Notes: generated by a model not told the origin, from the sequence alone. DNA of 64,000 nt from Nitrososphaerales archaeon (GCA_965197925.1 CBDAOC010000020.1:320001-384000); one strand, 5' to 3'. Numbered from the stretch's first letter, positions 31,231-42,019 are shown. Numbers and translations are program-made.

Positions 31231-32121
31231 ATGTATAGCATGAGCAAAGTAGGGCTAATCGGAACGGGTATTATGGGAAAAGCAGTTGCGACCAGACTCC
31301 TAAATACTGGGCATACGCTTACTGTTTATAATAGAACTCAAGAAAAAACAGTGTCGTTGAAAAAGCTTGGTGCTATAGTAGTAGAGAATCCGAGAATTGT
31401 TGCGCAATCTTCTGATTTGGTGATAACCGTTGTAAAAGATGCTATGGCAGTAGAAACAGTAGCTTTCGGTGATAATGGAATAGTTCATGGGAGACATCCC
31501 AATCTTACGGTAGCAGATATGAGCACTATTAATCCAATAGCATCTAGATCAATAGCAAAACGATTTATGGAAAACCAAATTATGATGCTTGACACACCTG
31601 TAATGGGTGGACCCAACGTTGCAGAACTAGGTGAATTGATATTGATGATAGGTGGTAATAGAGAGATTTATCAAAGATATAAGAAAATTTTTGATTTCAT
31701 AGGTAAGAAGACCTTCTACATAGGTAGTAATGGTGCAGCACATGCCATGAAACTAGCTTTGAACTTACAGATAGCAATGATAGCTCTTGCATTGTCTGAA
31801 GGAATCACACTAACAAGGGGAGCAGATCTTGACCCGGAACTTTTTCTTCAAATTCTTAACTCAACCTACTTCAAGACTGGTATGAGCGAAAATAAGGGTC
31901 CAAAAATGATAAAGAATACTTTTAACGCAACTTTTACATTAAAGATGATGATGAAGGATTTGGGCACCATAAATGATACCGCTGGTACATTTAATTTATC
32001 ATTACCTATGGCTGCACTTGCAAGTAAACTGTTCATTGACGCCGCCCGTATGGGTTTAGCGGAACTGGACTATACGGGGATCCTTGCGTTTATAGAGAAG
32101 TCAAGTGAAATAAAGAAATGA
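31231..32121 (+). CDS. NAD(P)-dependent beta-hydroxyacid dehydrogenase (3-hydroxyisobutyrate DH family)
   Basis: IGTGIMG, YNRT, DMSTI, DTPVMGG, MKLALN, MMKDL. Confidence 0.9.
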   Translation: MYSMSKVGLIGTGIMGKAVATRLLNTGHTLTVYNRTQEKTVSLKKLGAIVVENPRIVAQSSDLVITVVKDAMAVETVAFGDNGIVHGRHPNLTVADMSTINPIASRSIAKRFMENQIMMLDTPVMGGPNVAELGELILMIGGNREIYQRYKKIFDFIGKKTFYIGSNGAAHAMKLALNLQIAMIALALSEGITLTRGADLDPELFLQILNSTYFKTGMSENKGPKMIKNTFNATFTLKMMMKDLGTINDTAGTFNLSLPMAALASKLFIDAARMGLAELDYTGILAFIEKSSEIKK

Positions 32122-32834
32122 TGAAACTAAAACATATAGAGAAGGTGAACATGAGCGATATAACTCTCATAGCTGCATTGCCGGACATGGGCAGGGTGGG
32201 TGGATTGGTATCAGAATTCCTTGCAAAACAGCTAAATGCGAAACTCGTTGCAGAGATCGAATCCATAGAAAAGCCATGGGTAACATGTGAAAATGGAATT
32301 GCAAATCTACATATAGATACATATAAAATATATATTGACAAACAGAATTCGATCGTTATCTTTAATGGAGATACACAGCCACAGGATACCCGTGAGCTGT
32401 ATGAATTGTGTGACCTGTTACTTGACACGGTCCTTGGCTATGGAAAAATAAAACGTCTTTTTACAGCTGGTGGTTATCTTAGAGAGGAAGTTCTTGGGGA
32501 GCCAAAGGTGTATGTTACAGCAACCAACCAAAATCTGTTGGAGGAACTCAATAGATACAATATTGGAACACTAGGAAATGAAGTGAATTCAATTACTTGG
32601 TTCAATGGATTGATACTTGGAATTGCTGCTAAACGAAAGATTGAAGGTATAGGATTTTTTGGTGAAATAGATAATCCAGACATTCCACAACACCAAGCAA
32701 CAAAGAGCATTATAAAAGTAATTGCTAGGATGATCAATACGGAAATCAATACCAAAGAATTAGAAATTCCACAGGATATTATCCAGGATGATAACCAAGA
32801 GGAGCGTACGGGTTTTACGCCTGGTGTTGCATGA
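32118..32834 (+). CDS. PAC2-family proteasome assembly chaperone
   Basis: LIAALPDMGRVGGL, GDTQP, GGY, NGLILG motifs. Confidence 0.85.
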   Translation: MMKLKHIEKVNMSDITLIAALPDMGRVGGLVSEFLAKQLNAKLVAEIESIEKPWVTCENGIANLHIDTYKIYIDKQNSIVIFNGDTQPQDTRELYELCDLLLDTVLGYGKIKRLFTAGGYLREEVLGEPKVYVTATNQNLLEELNRYNIGTLGNEVNSITWFNGLILGIAAKRKIEGIGFFGEIDNPDIPQHQATKSIIKVIARMINTEINTKELEIPQDIIQDDNQEERTGFTPGVA

Positions 32835-32909
32835 TCTTTACCTGGTAAATCCGTTACTTAATTTATTTATTTTTAAATTAGTAAATCATTAATATATTAA
32901 AACATTAAT

Positions 32910-33251
32910 TCAAGCAATCTTGCTTCCTAATGGAGCATCGTCTGAAACCGTTAGCCATATGGGTTTGCCATTAACATCTGCAGCAAGTAGCATTCCATTT
33001 GAATCTATTCCCGCAACTTGTTTTGGTGCCATGTTAATAACAACTATGACTGTTCTACCAGTAAAGTATTCAGGTTCATAATACTCTGCACCTCCAACTA
33101 CAAGCTCCCTTTTTTCACTTCCAAGATCTATCATTGCCTTTATCACTTTCTTGAAACCTTTGATCCTTTCAGCTTTCACAACCCGCCCTACCCTGAGATC
33201 GAGTTTTCCAAACTCTTCATAAGTTATGTATTCCATATTGAAAGCTAACAA
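32910..33251 (-). CDS. tRNA-binding OB-fold protein (Trbp111/CsaA-like)
   Basis: FGKLDLRVG, IDLG, N..P..VAGIDSNGMLLAA. Confidence 0.9.
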   Translation of the reverse strand: MLAFNMEYITYEEFGKLDLRVGRVVKAERIKGFKKVIKAMIDLGSEKRELVVGGAEYYEPEYFTGRTVIVVINMAPKQVAGIDSNGMLLAADVNGKPIWLTVSDDAPLGSKIA

Positions 33252-33372
33252 TACTCACTAAAAATCATTATGTTTGTATGATAATTATACAGCTGAGAGT
33301 CATTAGTTGTTATTAATTTCTATTTCCTACAAATACCAGCAGTTAATCTTGAATTTTTGATAAACCAAAGTA

Positions 33373-34341
33373 TTATTCCATCCTAGGCAAATCTGTTTCG
33401 AAGTCTAGACTACATTCTATTTCATCCCAATCCAGAATGGAATTATTAGGGATGATATTCAAGGGGTCGTAGTCATCGAATCTAGTTTCTTCAAGAACTG
33501 ACGCCATCAACAAAACTTTGACACTATCTGAACCCGAAGAAGATAGGGTCAAACCAACTTCAGTTCCACTCACTCCAAGTATCTTTTGGACACTGTTGAC
33601 TAGAGAATCAAGAATCCCTACTCGAACTTTATCGCCTCCAACGACATATAGGACTGCCCTACTTACGTTATCGGGGTCCACATTTGTGTAAAGCATTCTG
33701 AATGAATCCTTCAGGGCAGATTCAGCGTCTTTTAGAGAATCTTTACTGGTACACAGTACAGCTGTTTTTTCGTCCAGAGATATACCGCAAGTGAGAGAAC
33801 CTATCACCTCAAGTACAGCCTCGTTAATTATCCTGTAACAATCTTCTACTGTCAAATCAGGGTTATTATAGAGTAAAGCGTCGTTATCGACTATAATAAG
33901 ACAATTCGAAGACTCTTTCAACCTCCGTAGTGAGACACCTGCCTTGAACAGCTTACTTGTCTCGAATTTAAATGGCATTATAACAAAAGAAATAACATTC
34001 TTACCCGCATCCATAGCCATTCTAGCTACTATTGGGGCTATGCCCGTTCCTCCATTCCCAGCTAAATTTCCTATAAGTATGACCGTGGAACTATCTCCCA
34101 GTCTTTCTCTTATCTCATGGCTTGACTCATGAACTGCCCCACGTATACTGTTAGATGAGGGATTTAATAGATTTTTGACATCAATCAACATGTTCTCACA
34201 ACCAGGATAATTCAGATCACTCTTGTCGTTACTCATAAGAATACATCTCCCATCCATTCTAATTTGAGCCTGTGAAGCAATTTTTGCCCCTACACCACCA
34301 ATGCCAATAGTAATTATCGGATTCTTTATCTCGACGGCCAA
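33373..34341 (-). CDS. ftsZ: Thaumarchaeal FtsZ-like tubulin-family protein
   Basis: IGIGGVG, AGNGGTG, MPFKFE, IIVDNDAL. Confidence 0.85.
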   Translation of the reverse strand: MAVEIKNPIITIGIGGVGAKIASQAQIRMDGRCILMSNDKSDLNYPGCENMLIDVKNLLNPSSNSIRGAVHESSHEIRERLGDSSTVILIGNLAGNGGTGIAPIVARMAMDAGKNVISFVIMPFKFETSKLFKAGVSLRRLKESSNCLIIVDNDALLYNNPDLTVEDCYRIINEAVLEVIGSLTCGISLDEKTAVLCTSKDSLKDAESALKDSFRMLYTNVDPDNVSRAVLYVVGGDKVRVGILDSLVNSVQKILGVSGTEVGLTLSSSGSDSVKVLLMASVLEETRFDDYDPLNIIPNNSILDWDEIECSLDFETDLPRME

Positions 34342-34426
34342 ACTATCCCCAGCTATCCTACTAAAAGTTCGTTAAAAAACATTGTAGATTTACTGATGGT
34401 ACACTAATGATCTAACATTGTTGATC

Positions 34427-35704
34427 TCAGAGATCATCAAGTTTCCCAATTAGGAAGTGATTGAAAACGGAATCTATTTTTACCGTAACTTTGGAACCCA
34501 AATTTACATTCTCGTGTAGAAAAATAGGTTTGTATGCAAAGTTCCTTCCCTCAATTCCATCTTTTTTTATTTCATCTATTAGAACATCGCCGCTCCAACC
34601 GGCCCATGCCAAGTTCCTCCTGTAACCTATAGCGTTTGCTAACTGGTGAAGTATTTTTGTTCTCGCTTTCACATTCTTTACATTTAATCTGTCCAGCTCT
34701 CTAGCCTCAGTACCTAGTCTTGGACTGAACTTTGATATGTTTATTAAATCTGGCTCTACTAGATTCATTAGATCGATCGTCTGTTGAAAATCATTCTCAC
34801 TCTCTTCTGGAAAGCCAACTATCACATCAGTTGAGACAGTAAATTGCTTGAATTCATCCCTAAATCTTTTTGCTATGTCAGCAAATAGTGATGCCTTGTG
34901 TCCTCTTTTCATAAGTTTCAGAATTTTGTCACTTCCGCTCTGTACAGGTATGTGTAGAAATTTGAAGACTTTGTCATTTCTATAAACTTCAATAAGATCT
35001 TCTAGCATGAATGGTATGTACATTGGATTCATCATGCCTACCCTGACCATGAAATCACCATCTAATTCGCACACTCCTTTTACCAAATCTGCCAGGTTAC
35101 AATTCAGGTCCCTCCCGTACGCGCCATTATCAGTGGAGGTTAACCACACCTCCCTACAGCCATCTCTGAGATCATTTCTTACCTGCCTTACTACATCTCC
35201 TATCCTGTAACTCTTCACTCTACCCTTTGCTAACTTTGTTTGACAAAAAGAACAGTCGCTCAAGCAACCACTCCCAATTTCTGCTATACATATAGTGGAG
35301 TTTAGCCTTATTCTTGGTAAATTTACCTTGGGTGTGGAAGACCTCGTAAGAGCAACCAGTGAATTTCCATTGAGAGTGGCATCTACCACCTCAACAGCTC
35401 TGTCTATTGCATCGGGTCCCAACAATCCCGCTGTAGGGTTATACTTCCTGACAGTGTCTGGCTCAGTCTTTGCTAGACAACCTGCTACCACCAAAGGTTT
35501 GCCCCTATTTGAGAGACGTTTTATCCTGTAAATCATTCTGTTAGCGGTAGCGTCCTTGACGGAGCATGTAACCATCATGTTTACATCAGCTTCGTTTACA
35601 TTGTTGACCAGTTCATACCCCCCGTTTTTGAGTAAACCGGCAATCATTTCTGAATCTGCAATATTTGCAGAGCAACCAAAAGTCTCAATGCGTACCTTAA
35701 CCAT
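34427..35704 (-). CDS. tRNA t6A methylthiotransferase (MtaB/e-MtaB, radical SAM)
   Basis: TFGCSAN, TCSV, VAGC, GCLSDCSFC, HIPVQSGS, IVGFP, C-terminal TRAM. Confidence 0.9.
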   Translation of the reverse strand: MVKVRIETFGCSANIADSEMIAGLLKNGGYELVNNVNEADVNMMVTCSVKDATANRMIYRIKRLSNRGKPLVVAGCLAKTEPDTVRKYNPTAGLLGPDAIDRAVEVVDATLNGNSLVALTRSSTPKVNLPRIRLNSTICIAEIGSGCLSDCSFCQTKLAKGRVKSYRIGDVVRQVRNDLRDGCREVWLTSTDNGAYGRDLNCNLADLVKGVCELDGDFMVRVGMMNPMYIPFMLEDLIEVYRNDKVFKFLHIPVQSGSDKILKLMKRGHKASLFADIAKRFRDEFKQFTVSTDVIVGFPEESENDFQQTIDLMNLVEPDLINISKFSPRLGTEARELDRLNVKNVKARTKILHQLANAIGYRRNLAWAGWSGDVLIDEIKKDGIEGRNFAYKPIFLHENVNLGSKVTVKIDSVFNHFLIGKLDDL

Positions 35705-35711
35705 TTAGCAT

Positions 35712-37091
35712 TCACATATTTGGAACATTCTTGCTCAGAACTTTGTTAATAGTCTGTTTGCTCATAACTCCTTTCTTGACTGCTAATTCCATTACACTAG
35801 TATTCTTCTTCAAGGCTTCCTTATACAATTCCGATGCCTCCATATATCCAATATATGGAGCAAGAAGAGTAGCTAATACAGGGCTCTTTTCTATATAAGA
35901 TTCCAGTTTCTCTTTGTTGGCCTGTAGCCCATCTATCATATTTTTTGAAAACATAGGTAAAATATTCTTTAGCATATCAATTGATTCCAACATACATTTT
36001 GCCATAATGGGGAGCATCACGTTAAGCTCGAACTGACCCGCTTGTACAGCAAATGCTATGGAAAGATCGTTTCCAGCTACGTTAAAGCATACCATATTCA
36101 AAGATTCCGCAAGGGAGGGATTCACTTTACCCGGCATTATTGAGGATCCTGCATGCACTGTCGGTATGGTGATTTCAGCAAATCCGGTCATTGGTCCTGA
36201 TGCCATTAAACGAATATCGTTTGCCAATCGAATTAGCTCTAATGCAGTATTTCGTAATGCGGACGAACTATTTGCAATGGCAAACCTACTTTGCAACCCA
36301 TAACACATATCTTTTTGGGGCTTCAAATTCAGACCAGAAATGATTGATAGATTTTTCACTACAAGTCTTCTATATCCTCTTGGTGCATTAGCTCCAGTAC
36401 CCACAGCAGTGCCCCCTAATGCTACATATTCAAGTTCCTTCCTTGCAATTCCTATTGAGTGTCTTGCACTTTCAATAGCTTCTGAATACGCTTTGAATTC
36501 CATACCCAAAGTAATAGGTAATGCATCCATCAAATGAGTTCTACCTATCTTTGCTACTCCACTGAACTCTCGAGATTTTCTTCTTAATGAAGCGATTAAA
36601 TTATCTAGTTCAGGGATTAATTCATTTAAATCTAGAAGAATTGCAATATGAAGAGCTGTTGGGAAGGTATCGTTACTCGATTGTGACATGTTAACATCAT
36701 CATTGGGATTAATGAATTTGTAATCACCTTTCTTTCTATGTAAAATCTCTAATGCCCTATTTGCAATTACCTCATTAACATTCATATTAAATGCAGTACC
36801 TGCACCTGAGTTGATAGCATCTACAATCAAGTTATCTGTCAAAGATCCAGATAGAATTTCATCACATGTCTTCACTATTGCGTTTCCTTTTCTTGAATCA
36901 AGTTTTTTTAACTTCATATTTGCAATTGAAGCAGATCTCTTGATCATGGCATATGCCTTGATTATACATTGATGAGAACTCTTACCTGTGATATTGTAAT
37001 TTTTCAAGGCCCTCGCAGTAAACGGACCATAATAAGCATGAATAGGAATTTTGGTCTCTCCTAAAGAATCACTCTCAACTCTAAATTTCAT
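35712..37091 (-). CDS. Class II fumarate hydratase / aspartate ammonia-lyase
   Basis: SQSSND, KIGRTHLMDA, GSSIMPGKVNP. Confidence 0.92.
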   Translation of the reverse strand: MKFRVESDSLGETKIPIHAYYGPFTARALKNYNITGKSSHQCIIKAYAMIKRSASIANMKLKKLDSRKGNAIVKTCDEILSGSLTDNLIVDAINSGAGTAFNMNVNEVIANRALEILHRKKGDYKFINPNDDVNMSQSSNDTFPTALHIAILLDLNELIPELDNLIASLRRKSREFSGVAKIGRTHLMDALPITLGMEFKAYSEAIESARHSIGIARKELEYVALGGTAVGTGANAPRGYRRLVVKNLSIISGLNLKPQKDMCYGLQSRFAIANSSSALRNTALELIRLANDIRLMASGPMTGFAEITIPTVHAGSSIMPGKVNPSLAESLNMVCFNVAGNDLSIAFAVQAGQFELNVMLPIMAKCMLESIDMLKNILPMFSKNMIDGLQANKEKLESYIEKSPVLATLLAPYIGYMEASELYKEALKKNTSVMELAVKKGVMSKQTINKVLSKNVPNM

Positions 37092-37179
37092 AACGATTTT
37101 AACCTCAGATTTGTTAATTAACTTTAGGGTCTTTATTTTCTAATAACAAAGATTCAAACAAACAAAAAAAAGGATGTGG

Positions 37180-39318
37180 TTACTTGAATATTCTGCCATG
37201 TGGATGCTCATCAAGAGTTGCATACCATCCTGCACTTGGGATTGGTAGTATACCCGTTCCGCCCCAACCGTTGCCTAAATCGACTTCACCTGCTATGGAT
37301 GGTGGACTCGTCGTCATATCAATCACTTGCATAACTGGTGCGAATTTGTTGGTGGTATAAGCATATAATCCACCGCCGTCCTTGAATCCATATTCAACAC
37401 CATGAGATCCTGGATATGACGGTAACGTTGCTACCACTCTAGAATTCTCTGGGTTATTGTAGTCAAGTTGTGTTATTGATAAAGTACCTGGTGCTCCAAT
37501 ACCTCCTGCATTGGCAGTTACTACGTACTTACCATCAGGACTAACCGGTGATTGTATTGGAACTGATCCCACTTCTAACGTCTTCACAAAGGTTGGATTA
37601 GTTGGACCGCCTACTGAACTTCCAACGTCGTATATGATCAATCGTCCCTGCAACAGCTTTTCATGTGACAACAATACTTCCGTCGTCACCCAGAATCTAT
37701 GACCGTTCATCTCTGGACCTAGGTATGATGCAAGATCTATTCCTGGACCAATCTTTCCACCAGTAATTTGATCATCAACTTCACTCAAGTTAATCGGTTC
37801 GAACAACTCCTCTTGTGTCTCCAAGTCAGCTATTACTGCATGATTCTGCAAATGGTATGGTATTGATATCAATCCTTCTGGTATTAACCAGAATCCATGT
37901 GGCCCTGCTAGAGGAATTGAGGCCTTTATGCTTCCTATAGGCTTTATCTCGGATGCCGGTACACTAAGATCCATAATCTCCTGTGCGTCGAACACCTGCA
38001 CTTCAGATCCCGCGTTAATCGTTACAATAACATATTTGTCGTCTACTGAGAAGAATACATGGGCTGGATCCATTCCAGTTTGAATGTAGTTCTTCACCAC
38101 CTCACGGCTATCAATATCTATCAGAGTCAGATAGTCATCATGCCAGTTTGTCTGAATGACATACTTTCCATTACTTGACTCCCAAAGATTGTGAGGATTA
38201 TTCAATCCCTTTCCTATCTTACCAGTTATCTCCCATGTGTTCGCATCCACGATTGTTATGGTGCCAGGCCAAGGTTTACCGAATTTCCCAGTTGGAGAGG
38301 TTGGATCTGTCTGGACTTCGAACTGTGTGTCTATCCAGATCTCACCTACACCTGGTGTTGAAGGTACATCTCTATATGGCCTAAAGTCTTGCCATGGAGC
38401 TACACTTGGATACCAAGGTGCAAACTTTGCTACAGTGGGATCACCCTCACCGGTTCCCATTTCACCAGTTATTGCATTGTATGGTACTCCAGCGGATATA
38501 ACTCCGGTCATGTATGGATGTATTGCGCATATATAGACGTATACACCAGCATCAGGAATCCATGCAGAGGTCCTGTCACCTGGTGACAATAAAGTCCATG
38601 TCTTTGCAGTATATTCAGGGTCCATATTCAGCTCCAAGTCAGTAACTCTTGTAACGAATGTTATTGTGTGTACTGAAGTTGTCTCCTGAGCGTCCCATAC
38701 AACAGGTGTACCTGGGTCGATTTGTAATGCAGTAGGTTGGAACCATGGGGCCCATTCGCTAACTGTTATCGTTTTTACCATCTCTCCAGTAACAGTTGCT
38801 GGAGGCGCTGGCCCTGTTGGTTCTGTCACAATTGGCTCGGGTGGTACCATGCTTGGCAATTCACCCGTTATTGCTCTTGCTTGAGCTGCTATGGTGCTAG
38901 TCACCGTAAACGAGTCAGAATCACTAGTATGGAAGAGAACCGCATCTCCGACAAATCGAGCATTTCCTGAATCGCCGCTTGTTACTTTCTCAACTGCATA
39001 CTTTACTCCGTTCACTTCATGAGTCGTCTGGCCCGTTGCTTCACCAGTTACCATATGGTAAACTAACACATCCACTGTCTTGCTGGCTGTGTAAGATAAC
39101 GTTCCTTTGTATACCACATTCTCCATAGGTGATAGTATTTCTACGGCTTGGTGACTTTCATGACCAACTGCTCTATGTGATTGTGATTCTAGCGTCTTTG
39201 TTAGAATAATTCTCTTGATACGTTCGCCTTCCGCAAATTGATCGATTGAAAGTGGGGCAACAATAAGTCCTAAAACGAGTATTCCGGCTGCTAATCCTGC
39301 TATTATTATCTTATTCAT
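37180..39318 (-). CDS. Exported protein: N-terminal domain + type-1 cupredoxin + YVTN/YncE-like beta-propeller
   Basis: Signal/anchor sequence; H(TITF)...YVYICAIHPYMTG Cu site; blade repeats NNPHN, DPAHV, AGPHG, SVPIQ..SPDG, PGSHG. Confidence 0.8.
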   Translation of the reverse strand: MNKIIIAGLAAGILVLGLIVAPLSIDQFAEGERIKRIILTKTLESQSHRAVGHESHQAVEILSPMENVVYKGTLSYTASKTVDVLVYHMVTGEATGQTTHEVNGVKYAVEKVTSGDSGNARFVGDAVLFHTSDSDSFTVTSTIAAQARAITGELPSMVPPEPIVTEPTGPAPPATVTGEMVKTITVSEWAPWFQPTALQIDPGTPVVWDAQETTSVHTITFVTRVTDLELNMDPEYTAKTWTLLSPGDRTSAWIPDAGVYVYICAIHPYMTGVISAGVPYNAITGEMGTGEGDPTVAKFAPWYPSVAPWQDFRPYRDVPSTPGVGEIWIDTQFEVQTDPTSPTGKFGKPWPGTITIVDANTWEITGKIGKGLNNPHNLWESSNGKYVIQTNWHDDYLTLIDIDSREVVKNYIQTGMDPAHVFFSVDDKYVIVTINAGSEVQVFDAQEIMDLSVPASEIKPIGSIKASIPLAGPHGFWLIPEGLISIPYHLQNHAVIADLETQEELFEPINLSEVDDQITGGKIGPGIDLASYLGPEMNGHRFWVTTEVLLSHEKLLQGRLIIYDVGSSVGGPTNPTFVKTLEVGSVPIQSPVSPDGKYVVTANAGGIGAPGTLSITQLDYNNPENSRVVATLPSYPGSHGVEYGFKDGGGLYAYTTNKFAPVMQVIDMTTSPPSIAGEVDLGNGWGGTGILPIPSAGWYATLDEHPHGRIFK

Positions 39319-39842
39319 TCTGCGGTTATCAACGAATAAGGCTATTTAAATATTTGGTGAAAAAAAGTACTTACCGGTATAATTTTTAGAATATGTTCCT
39401 AACTTAGTAACATTATTCTTGAATTAATATTCGATCAGGAAAACGTAAACCATAGAAAACTACCCGCCCTCCTTATTTTAGAATCAAATGTTTCTCTAAC
39501 AGACAAACTAGGCACAATTTTTCAATATGCCAAATAACTGTTTCTTATACTAGCCTATGTTTGGATATATTAGTTCTAGTATCCTCCCATATGAAAGGTA
39601 TAGAAATCATCATGGACCTTTCTATGGACCTATGTCCAGCCATTTCTCCCTCAAGAGTGATGTAGAACTCATTAACCATCCTCTCCACTCACTAGGATTA
39701 CATAAATATTGAATAATGATCTAGTTTAGCACCTCTTCTCTTTTCATATATATCATGTAGATTTACTTACCCGGATTGATTGGGCCCAATTTCCAAAGCC
39801 ATTTCAAAATGATTAATTAGGTATGGGGATCATAGCACTGTC

Positions 39843-40778
39843 ATGCATGTAAGTGGAAGAGTACTCGTCTGTGATAAAATAGACCAGAAAGGTATAGACA
39901 TTATGAAGAAATCTGGACTGCAGGTAGATTACATGCCTGATATCAAAGGAGATGAATTGGAAAGAATGGTAAAGGATTATGATATACTGGTGGTTAGAGG
40001 CAGAACAAGAGTAACGAGGGAAGTCATAGATGCGAATCCTAAAATGAAGATTATAGGCAGGGTTGGAGTTGGCCTTGATAATATTGATGTGATTTATGCT
40101 GAATCCCGAAATATCCGAGTTGTAAACGCGGATGTTGCTGCAATGAATGCTGTAGCCGAACTCGTTGTTGGCCTTATGCTTTCACTTGCTAGAAACATAC
40201 CCCTTGCAGATGACGGGATAAAGAATGGAAAATGGTTGAAGAAGGAACTGAAGGGTATAGAGCTTAAAGGTAAATATCTTGGTATAGTTGGTTTAGGCAA
40301 GATAGGCAGAAGGGTAGGGAGAATTGCAAGAGGATTTGGTATGAATATTATTGGGTATGATGTTATTCCAGTAGATCAACAATTTGCAAGAGAAGTAGGT
40401 TTGGTAAAGACGGATCTTAACACCTTGCTTAGTAGTGCTGACTTTATTACTTTGCATGTCCCGTTGACTGATGATACAAGGTTTCTGATAAATGAACAGA
40501 GATTGAATTTGATGAAAAAGACTACATACATTATTAACACTTCAAGAGGATCTGTAATAGATGAAGAGGCGTTGTATAGTGCATTGAATGGAGGAATGAT
40601 TGCAGGTGCTGCATTAGATGTGTTTGAACTAGAACCCCCCAACAATAAGGACTTGGTTCAGCTGCCCAACGTGGTATGTACTCCTCATATTGGAGCGCAA
40701 ACAGCAGAAGCACAGGGCCTTGCTGCAAATGTTATAGCAGAAAAGATAATTCAGATACTACGCGAGTCTGAATTTTAA
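39843..40778 (+). CDS. D-3-phosphoglycerate dehydrogenase / D-2-hydroxyacid dehydrogenase (short form)
   Basis: GRVGVGLDNID, AVAE, GLGKIG, INTSRG, LDVF, TPHIGA. Confidence 0.9.
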   Translation: MHVSGRVLVCDKIDQKGIDIMKKSGLQVDYMPDIKGDELERMVKDYDILVVRGRTRVTREVIDANPKMKIIGRVGVGLDNIDVIYAESRNIRVVNADVAAMNAVAELVVGLMLSLARNIPLADDGIKNGKWLKKELKGIELKGKYLGIVGLGKIGRRVGRIARGFGMNIIGYDVIPVDQQFAREVGLVKTDLNTLLSSADFITLHVPLTDDTRFLINEQRLNLMKKTTYIINTSRGSVIDEEALYSALNGGMIAGAALDVFELEPPNNKDLVQLPNVVCTPHIGAQTAEAQGLAANVIAEKIIQILRESEF

Positions 40779-40833
40779 AAAAAAGAAATAAAAATATTCT
40801 AGGGTAAAAAACCCACCTTCCAATGAAACAGAT

Positions 40834-41079
40834 TTATTGGACCAACTCGGCCGTAGCGAATCTGTTTCCTATCTGTGTGATTTTTACTTTACAATTCTGG
40901 CCTACTTGTCCACCCTTGACAAAAATTACAAATCCTTGAATTCTTGCGATCCCATCACCCTTGCGGCTGATTTCGGTTACGCTCACGTCGTATTCCTTTC
41001 CTTGTTCAACAGGTTTTGGACCAGAACTAAAGCCACGATTAAATCCCGTACTGTACACCTCCTTCTGTAAGACAACCAA
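40834..41079 (-). CDS. Single TRAM-domain RNA-binding protein
   Basis: KPVEQGKEYDV..SRKGDGIARIQGFVIFV. Confidence 0.9.
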   Translation of the reverse strand: MVVLQKEVYSTGFNRGFSSGPKPVEQGKEYDVSVTEISRKGDGIARIQGFVIFVKGGQVGQNCKVKITQIGNRFATAELVQ

Positions 41080-41166
41080 TCTGGCTTAATATAAACCCTC
41101 TAAATTTTGTTTATTTCCTCCAAAAGATGGATATGAGCGTATGTAATAGAATTTATATTACTATTT

Positions 41167-41532
41167 ATGATATGCATGACAATGTCTACAACGAACGAAT
41201 CTACAACGAACGAATCTACAACGAACGAATCTACAACGAACGAAAGCACACGAATGTCTAAACCATCCAACGAAATCTACATAGGCAAAAAACCTCTAAT
41301 GACGTATGTAACTGCGTCTATAGTACAGCTTGCAAGTGAGCCATTTATTATCATCAAAGCAAGAGGTCTGAGCATAACGAGGGCAGTAGATGTATCTCAG
41401 ATAATTTTGAAGAGAATGGCTACAGTTGGCTACAGCTTAGGAGAAGTTAAGATTAGTTCAGAGACTTTACAATCGCAGGATGGCAGAGATAGAAACGTAT
41501 CAACAATTGATATAGAGCTGAAGAAGGCATAG
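41167..41532 (+). CDS. alba: Chromatin protein Alba with an N-terminal (STTNE)4 repeat
   Basis: IYIGKKPLMTYV, IKARG.SI.RAVDV, VSTIDIEL. Confidence 0.92.
   Translation: MICMTMSTTNESTTNESTTNESTTNESTRMSKPSNEIYIGKKPLMTYVTASIVQLASEPFIIIKARGLSITRAVDVSQIILKRMATVGYSLGEVKISSETLQSQDGRDRNVSTIDIELKKA
41185..41244 (+). repeat. 15-bp perfect tandem repeat x4 (TCTACAACGAACGAA)
   Basis: Read directly; in frame, encodes STTNE x4. Confidence 0.95.
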
Positions 41533-42019
41533 GTTAACTGACTTATAGAGCGAAGAAAAACCTATCGACCTCTTTTTATTCTAAAACTAGATTAGGTATC
41601 ACCAATAGGTTAAGAGCATTTTAATTATTGTCATTTATTCCAATTGTTTATAGTTAGTGCAAGTGACAAATAATGGTAAGATGTTTAGCTTATCTTCCTC
41701 TATACAAGCTTCTGGTGTACGTAGGAACTATGGTTCCATTAAAATAACCTTCATCCATTATTTTGAAATTTCTATCAGCTCCCTGATCTTTTTTTATATA
41801 GATCTAAAAACGAAGTAACACAAACCTTCCCTTTGTATTAATTTAGTTCCAGTAAATCTCTTCATTTTACCATGATACTCAAGATGAATATAAACGAGGT
41901 CATACTTCCTCTTACCACATTCCTATCCAAGCATGAAACTATTAGAGATCGAAAAAATCCTCCTTTTAATAAATAAGTGGGATAACATATATAGGCTCTT
42001 CAAATTTGTTGTTATGATA

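Noticed and set aside
33373..34341. Non-canonical FtsZ signature motif as a novelty
   Set aside because: Divergent FtsZ homologs are already known in Thaumarchaeota
37180..39318. Calling the Cu/propeller protein NosZ or NirK
   Set aside because: The domain order is reversed relative to NosZ and the site is type-1 rather than CuA; there is no multi-cupredoxin NirK layout
41185..41244. Possible CRISPR array
   Set aside because: The repeats are contiguous 15-mers with no spacers, and no cas genes are present
41600..41960. Possible decayed gene between alba and rpl15e, and the extended rpl15e start at 41933
   Set aside because: No identifiable product; the extension covers AT-rich promoter-like sequence, and L15e similarity begins near 42020
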